64,000 bases of DNA. Origin: Camelus ferus. Taxonomy: Eukaryota. The notes under the pieces were generated by a model. It ran no database searches, was not told the DNA's origin, and was given only the letters and a program-made list of their open reading frames with translations. Numbering within the stretch: position 1 is the first letter of the stretch; each line of letters starts with the position of its first letter. The DNA lies in assembly GCF_009834535.1 (NCBI RefSeq), contig NC_045696.1, forward strand, positions 8,992,001 to 9,056,000, written 5' to 3'. The position numbers and the translations under genes are program-made. Of the stretch, positions 62,901 through 64,000 are shown one piece after another.

Positions 62901-63516
62901 TTCAAAGGAATGGACGATCATAGGTGCAGAATGCCTGCAGCCCTTGCCTTGGGTTTGGCTTTAAATGACTGGCAGGTGGAACCTCATACAGTGTGTGGGT
63001 TTCCTCAATGCCAAGAAGGAGGAGGAAGAAAACGTGTTGTGGGTTTGCATGTCCCCCTGGTCTACACACAATGTGCAATGCCACTGAAGGTAATTTGGGG
63101 TTAGGATTTATATATGCAGTGATAAATCTTTTGTAGATTGAAATCCGGAGCTAACAAATTCTCTCTAATTTCTCTCTCCCTTCCCCGCACGGCCTTTTAA
63201 TTTGGGGTTCCACATGCTCTCAGGCACCATCAAAGCCCGTGGGCACCCCCAGGGGCCTCGGTTGCTGACTCAGAGATCTAAAAGTGTAGAGGAACAATGC
63301 GGGCTGTGCCGTACACATATGCAATCAGTTTGGGTCCTCTTTCCCCTAAATGTCATTTCTTGCAATGTGTTAAATATTTGCATTTGTACTTGGCTCATAA
63401 GCAAGGCCAGATCCCTGGGGTACGTAAGTGACTCCCAATGAATCATTTATGCAAAATGCATCTCCAGTTTCATCATAGGGGGTGTCACAAAATGGGGAAA
63501 TCCTTCCATTCAAATA

Positions 63517-63687
63517 CAATTGCCCAGCCCTCTGAATCTTTACCCTCGGATTTCACATCCGTGCATACAGAGGGCCAATTGTATGCACTGAATCGGGCCC
63601 GTTTCATAAGGAGCTTGAGCATCTGTGGATTTGGTTGTCCCTGGGGGCTCCTGGAACCAATCACCTTTGGATACAGAAGGATGACTG
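63517..63687. mobile_element. MER2/Tigger-family MITE
   Basis: Flanking TA dinucleotides (63515-16, 63688-89); CTTGAGCATCTGTGGATTTGGT..TCCTGGAACCAATC..GGATACAGAAGGATGACTG. Confidence 0.85.
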
Positions 63688-64000
63688 TACTCCAAAGTAC
63701 GCTGTTTTCAATATTATCAAAGGTAATTTCTCACTTCAGGAGGGGCCATAAAAATCATCCCACACAGCAATAAAGAGAGAAGGCCCCATCAGGCTGTGAC
63801 ATCGCAAAGTCTGGAAGAGAAGAAGTTGTGACTGTATTTTTTTTTTTTGAGAGCTTATTAATCCTTCAAGCAGAAACAAATGGAGAAGTTGAGGGTTCTG
63901 GGTGTCACCCTCCTTTGGTGAGGGAGCCACCCGGGGCAGGAGGAAATTCTGCACTTCCAGAAGGTGAGGGTTACAGCAGCGTACTTAAGACTTTCCTAAA

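Noticed and set aside
1..64000. The 60-160 aa ORFs in the track as protein-coding genes
   Set aside because: Short, overlapping, many with non-ATG starts or inside repeats and low-complexity DNA; none resembles a host protein I recognise.

Overview
Mammalian genomic DNA, very probably camelid (two vic-1-like tRNA-derived SINEs and a young camelid-type L1 3' end). The window is repeat-rich and mostly non-coding: L1, L2 and MIR fragments, many MaLR/ERVL LTRs, one ERV1 solo LTR, an ERV-L integrase/dUTPase fossil and several hAT/Tigger MITEs. None of the listed ORFs looks like a real host gene. The best gene-like signal is a + strand promoter at ~62.1-62.9 kb: CpG-rich, TATAAAT at 62562, and a first exon ending ATG GCG CTC AAA|GTAAGT (4 codons, MALK). 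I cannot name the gene. Other notable items are a non-tandem ~200 bp direct duplication (26.6/27.1 kb), exon-like cassettes and a recursive-splice-like site on the + strand (5.8, 6.2, 11.4-12.3 kb), and a repeat-free motif cluster (OTX/MITF/RBPJ-type) at ~43 kb. Repeat family names come from recalled consensus sequences, not a search, and most boundaries are approximate. I found no convincing novel biological system.
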